Below, in pieces: positions 60,616 through 64,000 of a stretch of DNA of 64,000 nucleotides. The position numbers and the translations under genes were made by a program. The first letter of the stretch is position 1. Every line of letters starts with the position of its first letter. The notes under the pieces were generated by a model. It saw nothing but the letters and a program-made list of their open reading frames with translations. It did not search any database and was not told the origin of the DNA. Source of the DNA: an uncultured virus (IMG/VR IMGVR_UViG_3300028888_000009) (Duplodnaviria > Heunggongvirae > Uroviricota > Caudoviricetes); IMG/VR virus record IMGVR_UViG_3300028888_000009. The stretch is one strand, 5' to 3'.

Positions 60616-62337
60616 TTAGGCAGTGATGGCACCGCTGTATTTCTCCCATTTGGTCTCCTGAGCATTCCACTTGACGATGGTGCCAGCGGAGAAACCAGTA
60701 CCGCCAGTGTTGTCGTCATCGGTCTCAAGGTACACCAACAGGCCGTCAGCCCAAGTGGTAGGTGCGCCAGTGGCACCACCACCGACATACATCTTCGGAG
60801 TGGTTGCGGCTTGGCCGTTACCATCGGTGGTGAGCTTGCTGAGGGTGTAGTACACAGCACCGACCTTCTTGTTGAAGGTGTAGATGTCGCTGCGGTTGTC
60901 GTACACGGTGTCGATACCCATAATCTTGTCGGCGGGGCCAACGAGGATGGAGTTGTAGCCGCGAAGCATAACGCAGTCAATCTTGATGTAACGGTCGCGG
61001 TCGGCCTCAACGGGTTCCTTGCCGCCCTTGCTCAAGTCTTCCTTGCTCTTCTCACCGACATTGGGCTTCTTCCAGTAGTGGACAGCGTTCTTCATGTCTA
61101 TGATCATGGCGCAGTTCTCATAACCCATTTCGTCAAGGATGGGGCAGAGCTTGAAGTTCAGCGTACCGAAGGTGGTCTTGAATTGGGTAATGTCAACACC
61201 ATACTTGGTTTGGGTAGCCATCACGTTGGTTTGGGCAACCTTGGTGAAGTCAAGGTTAAGCAGCTGTTCGATGAAACCATAGGAGCAGTACACCTCGGCC
61301 TCGTTGGAAGCACTCCACTTGCCAAACTGCATCTTCGACATGGCGATGATGTCCTTGTAGGTAATGGCATCTGTGGTCACATACTTCATAAGGAGTTGGG
61401 TGAGGACACCTTCCTCATAGTAGCAGTTCAAGTCGCCAAGGATGTCGTCGTGTTCGACCAGCATACCGCCAGCACCAACGAGTTTGGTACGCTCGTTCTC
61501 CTGACGGAAGGTCATCATGGCATTGTCGGCGATGTCGTCAGTGAAGTAAGGCACGTTCTTTTTCTTAACCTTCCACTCTTTCTCAATAGTGGTGTTCATG
61601 ATTTTCTTCTGCAAGTTGGCATCAACGAACACGGGCGTTTGGTTCTTCGGGCTAACAACCAGCTGCGCGGTGTGGCAAGCGGTGGCCAGCATTTGGAACT
61701 TGGTGCCAGCGGGGATGGCATCGTGAATCACATGGGCAGTGCCGCTCCAATAACCGTTGACGGGAACGCAGATGATACCATCGGAAGCACGGCCAACGAC
61801 TTTCAGCATCAGTTCGCCATCGGCAATGTTGTTGCTGTTGACGTACTTGTAGCCAGGAATGCCCTTGGCGATGAAGGTCTGCGACTTGCCGAACATACGA
61901 GCGTTGGCGGCAGTCACGTTGTAACTCGAACCAGAGCCGATAGACAGGGTGATTTCAGTGGGCGTACCCGTAGCAGCAATGTTCTTGTTGTTAGTGCAGT
62001 CCATCAGAGGCGTAGCCATCGTCGGGTGCTTAACGGTGTAGTCCTTCACCTGCTTCTGACGAGCCAGTCTTTCAACGTCGGTCGAGAAGGTGTAGTTGAA
62101 CGGGCGAAACTTGGTGACAAGTTCGTCGATCTCGTCGTCATTGATGTCGCTATCTTTGACGACCTTTTCGGTAGCAGGCGTACCCGTAAGGTCGGTGTTC
62201 AAGTCCTTAGTATCGGGGTCAGCCGGGCGGTCAATAGGCTCGTTGTCGCCAACGGCAACAGCAGCCATCGAGAGGTCGGCACCGAAAGCCAGTGCCAACA
62301 TGGTCAGCATGAAGCTGAGTAGTCTGAATTTCTTCAT
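60616..62337 (-). CDS. Major capsid protein
   Basis: 573 aa from MKKFRLL; follows the scaffold gene and precedes a terminator; strong high-expression codon bias; YGVDITQFKTTFGTLNF...ILDEMG pattern of HK97-fold capsids. Confidence 0.75.
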   Translation of the reverse strand: MKKFRLLSFMLTMLALAFGADLSMAAVAVGDNEPIDRPADPDTKDLNTDLTGTPATEKVVKDSDINDDEIDELVTKFRPFNYTFSTDVERLARQKQVKDYTVKHPTMATPLMDCTNNKNIAATGTPTEITLSIGSGSSYNVTAANARMFGKSQTFIAKGIPGYKYVNSNNIADGELMLKVVGRASDGIICVPVNGYWSGTAHVIHDAIPAGTKFQMLATACHTAQLVVSPKNQTPVFVDANLQKKIMNTTIEKEWKVKKKNVPYFTDDIADNAMMTFRQENERTKLVGAGGMLVEHDDILGDLNCYYEEGVLTQLLMKYVTTDAITYKDIIAMSKMQFGKWSASNEAEVYCSYGFIEQLLNLDFTKVAQTNVMATQTKYGVDITQFKTTFGTLNFKLCPILDEMGYENCAMIIDMKNAVHYWKKPNVGEKSKEDLSKGGKEPVEADRDRYIKIDCVMLRGYNSILVGPADKIMGIDTVYDNRSDIYTFNKKVGAVYYTLSKLTTDGNGQAATTPKMYVGGGATGAPTTWADGLLVYLETDDDNTGGTGFSAGTIVKWNAQETKWEKYSGAITA

Positions 62338-62369
62338 TTCTCTTTTATTTTGTGTTAGTAATTGAGTTC

Positions 62370-63305
62370 TCATTCGTCAAATTCCATGTCTTCGTTACGG
62401 AAGGGGTTGCGCACCACCTTCTTGTTCTTCGGTTTCGGCTCGGGTGCCGTGCCGCCTTGTCCTCCGTCAAAGGTGGGAGGCAGGCCTTGCGGAGCCTTGC
62501 CTTTTGCCAAGGTAGCCTGCACCTTGGCGTTGTGTCCTTTCAGTTCACCCTCTTGTCTTGCATTCTCCACATCGGCATCGTGGGTGGCTGCTTTTCTCAT
62601 CATGTCAAACAGCTTGTCGCTGTACTTGCCTTTAAGTCCGTCCGTGTAGAAGTCGTTCATCTGCTGCCACATCGCCGCCATCTCTTCCTCTCCGATGTCG
62701 TTCTTCTCACAATACTTTGAGAAGCGGCTGATGGTCTCCTTGATGTTGTTCTCGCCTTCCTCGCGGAGTTTCTTGCTCTCCTCCTGCCCTTTCAGGTAGT
62801 TGGTGTACGACTCCGACAGTTTCTTCGACTTCTCGGGGTCGTCGTAGGCTGCAAGGATGTCCTCTTTCGAGAATCTTCCAAGCAGGCTCTCAAAGAAGTC
62901 CTTGCCGTCTGCCACATCAAGGAACATCCCACCAAACTGCGGATGCTCGCTGATGACCTTGCGGAAGTCGTCGTCGCTCTTCTTCAACTTGTCGTACTCC
63001 TTAGTGCGCTCGTTTTGACGCTTCCAGAACAATTCCTCGTCCGCTTCATCGTCATCCGGATAGTCCTTCTTGTGACGCTCATAGAACAAGTCCTTCTGCG
63101 ATTTCTCCTTCTTCTCCTCCTTCGGCTCGTCCTTTTTCTCAGTCTCTTTCTTCTCGGTGTCAGCCTTCTCGGTTTTCACCTCGTTCTTTTGGGTGTTTTC
63201 GGTTGCCGTGTTGGTGGTCTGGGTGCCGCCACCTTCGTTGGTGGTTGCGCTGCCCGATGCACCATTTGCAGTTGCCGTTGCGCCCGTTGATGATGTACCT
63301 TCCAT
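62370..63305 (-). CDS. Capsid scaffolding protein
   Basis: Start MEGTSST; highly charged and helical; AR.EGE.KG.NAK; immediately upstream of the capsid gene. Confidence 0.7.
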   Translation of the reverse strand: MEGTSSTGATATANGASGSATTNEGGGTQTTNTATENTQKNEVKTEKADTEKKETEKKDEPKEEKKEKSQKDLFYERHKKDYPDDDEADEELFWKRQNERTKEYDKLKKSDDDFRKVISEHPQFGGMFLDVADGKDFFESLLGRFSKEDILAAYDDPEKSKKLSESYTNYLKGQEESKKLREEGENNIKETISRFSKYCEKNDIGEEEMAAMWQQMNDFYTDGLKGKYSDKLFDMMRKAATHDADVENARQEGELKGHNAKVQATLAKGKAPQGLPPTFDGGQGGTAPEPKPKNKKVVRNPFRNEDMEFDE

Positions 63306-63339
63306 GAGTTGTTGTTGTTTTGGTTTGTGTATTTGTGGG

Positions 63340-63386
63340 CAAAAGTGAACAACTTTAATGGGGATGAATCCGTAAAAAGTCACAAA
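63340..63386 (-). promoter_or_regulatory. Late-type promoter 4
   Basis: Minus strand TTTGTGACTTTTTACGGATT-N19-CACTTTTG; the 20-mer is identical to 23317-23336. Confidence 0.75.
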
Positions 63387-63426
63387 CGCAAAGCCCTGCT
63401 TGAAAAAAATCGAACTTTTTTCTTAC

Positions 63427-63487
63427 TTATTTAGAATTATTCCAAATAAATATCTATCTTTGCCCTCAAAAGTACGTATTACGTACT
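63427..63487 (+). promoter_or_regulatory. Promoter with two palindromic operators
   Basis: TTATTTAGAAT-T-ATTCCAAATAA (63427-63449), TATCTTTG (63455-63462), AGTACGTA-T-TACGTACT (63471-63487). Confidence 0.7.
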
Positions 63488-63513
63488 ATCCTAAAACTGA
63501 ACTATTCGACAAG

Positions 63514-63954
63514 ATGGCTGCGAAGAAACGAGAATCAGTCTACGAGTTCAAGGAACGCTACGACGACTTGAACAGGGCGTACAAGGAAGCCCACAAGCAA
63601 GGTCACTACGAGACACAATACGAGGCGATGGCGGTGGCGGTCAACATGCCGTCATGCCGCTTCTGGGTGTCGGCAGAGAGGCTGTCGGAGGTGATAGCCG
63701 CCTTCGACGCCGGCAACGACATCCGTGTGAGCCACCGAAGTCCGCGCTACGAGATGTACGAGGAGCTTTACAAACGCTACCTCGCTTACAAGGCCGAGCA
63801 TCCCGACATGAACAAGATTGACATCTGCGAGGAGGTCATCTGGCAACCCGCTCCGAAGTTCTATATGCGGCCTTCGTGGGGACTGAAGATTCTCTATCGT
63901 GGCCGTGAGAAGCGTCCACGTAAACACCACCACCGCAAAAACGAGACGGAATGA
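63514..63954 (+). CDS. Conserved phage protein, candidate late-gene regulator
   Basis: Start MAAKKRES; internal duplication PSCRFWVS / PAPKFYM; divergent from the capsid operon. Confidence 0.55.
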   Translation: MAAKKRESVYEFKERYDDLNRAYKEAHKQGHYETQYEAMAVAVNMPSCRFWVSAERLSEVIAAFDAGNDIRVSHRSPRYEMYEELYKRYLAYKAEHPDMNKIDICEEVIWQPAPKFYMRPSWGLKILYRGREKRPRKHHHRKNETE

Positions 63955-64000
63955 AAGACTGGATTGGAAACGGAAACTCCATCTTCAAGACCTTGGGCGC
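63951..64000 (+). CDS. 5' end of a probable DNA adenine methyltransferase-like gene (partial)
   Basis: ATGA-coupled MKDWIGNGNSIFKTLGA resembles N-termini I recall from Bacteroidales phage MTases; only 16 codons are visible. Confidence 0.35.
   Translation, partial: MKDWIGNGNSIFKTLG

Noticed and set aside
1..64000. Stop-codon reassignment as in some crAss-like phages
   Set aside because: Genes tile densely under the standard code, all three stops are used, and no suppressor tRNA is present.

Overview
The whole window is one temperate, podovirus-like phage of a Bacteroidota (Bacteroidales-type) host. No host genes are seen, TAnnTTTG -7 promoters are present, and the putative attP looks intact, so this is probably the excised or virion form. 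Layout: (i) a minus-strand virion operon from 23268 to beyond the left edge, with two small ejection-type proteins, a 4752-aa polyvalent protein (N6-adenine MTase, Strawberry-notch-like SF2 helicase, zincin, LPD38-like C-terminus), four paralogous ring/adaptor-like proteins, the portal and a tail stabilisation protein; (ii) a RepL-like gene with 22-bp palindromic repeats, about 1.1 kb of non-coding DNA and an ArdA-led early operon; (iii) integrase, attP, repressor and cro, followed by a dense cluster of structured, tRNA-like RNAs; (iv) recombination and replication genes (Rad52/Sak-like, Gp157, O-like initiator with iterons, T7-type primase-helicase, RusA, SSB), AT-rich accessory genes, HNH endonucleases and a GH16 glycoside hydrolase; (v) a second minus-strand virion/lysis operon (scaffold, major capsid, adaptor, BACON-like proteins, a Gly-rich/coiled-coil module, tail fibre, holin, DUF5675 endolysin, spanin-like protein). 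TerL is not in the window. Best leads: 4-5 tRNA mimics that keep the acceptor stem and T-arm but have replaced or hugely extended anticodon regions; a 20-bp box exactly 19 bp upstream of a -7 element at four promoters (an activator-dependent late regulon); and a Fur-box-like palindrome placed identically in two divergent promoters and again upstream of the repressor. All protein calls come from motif recognition by eye, without database searches.
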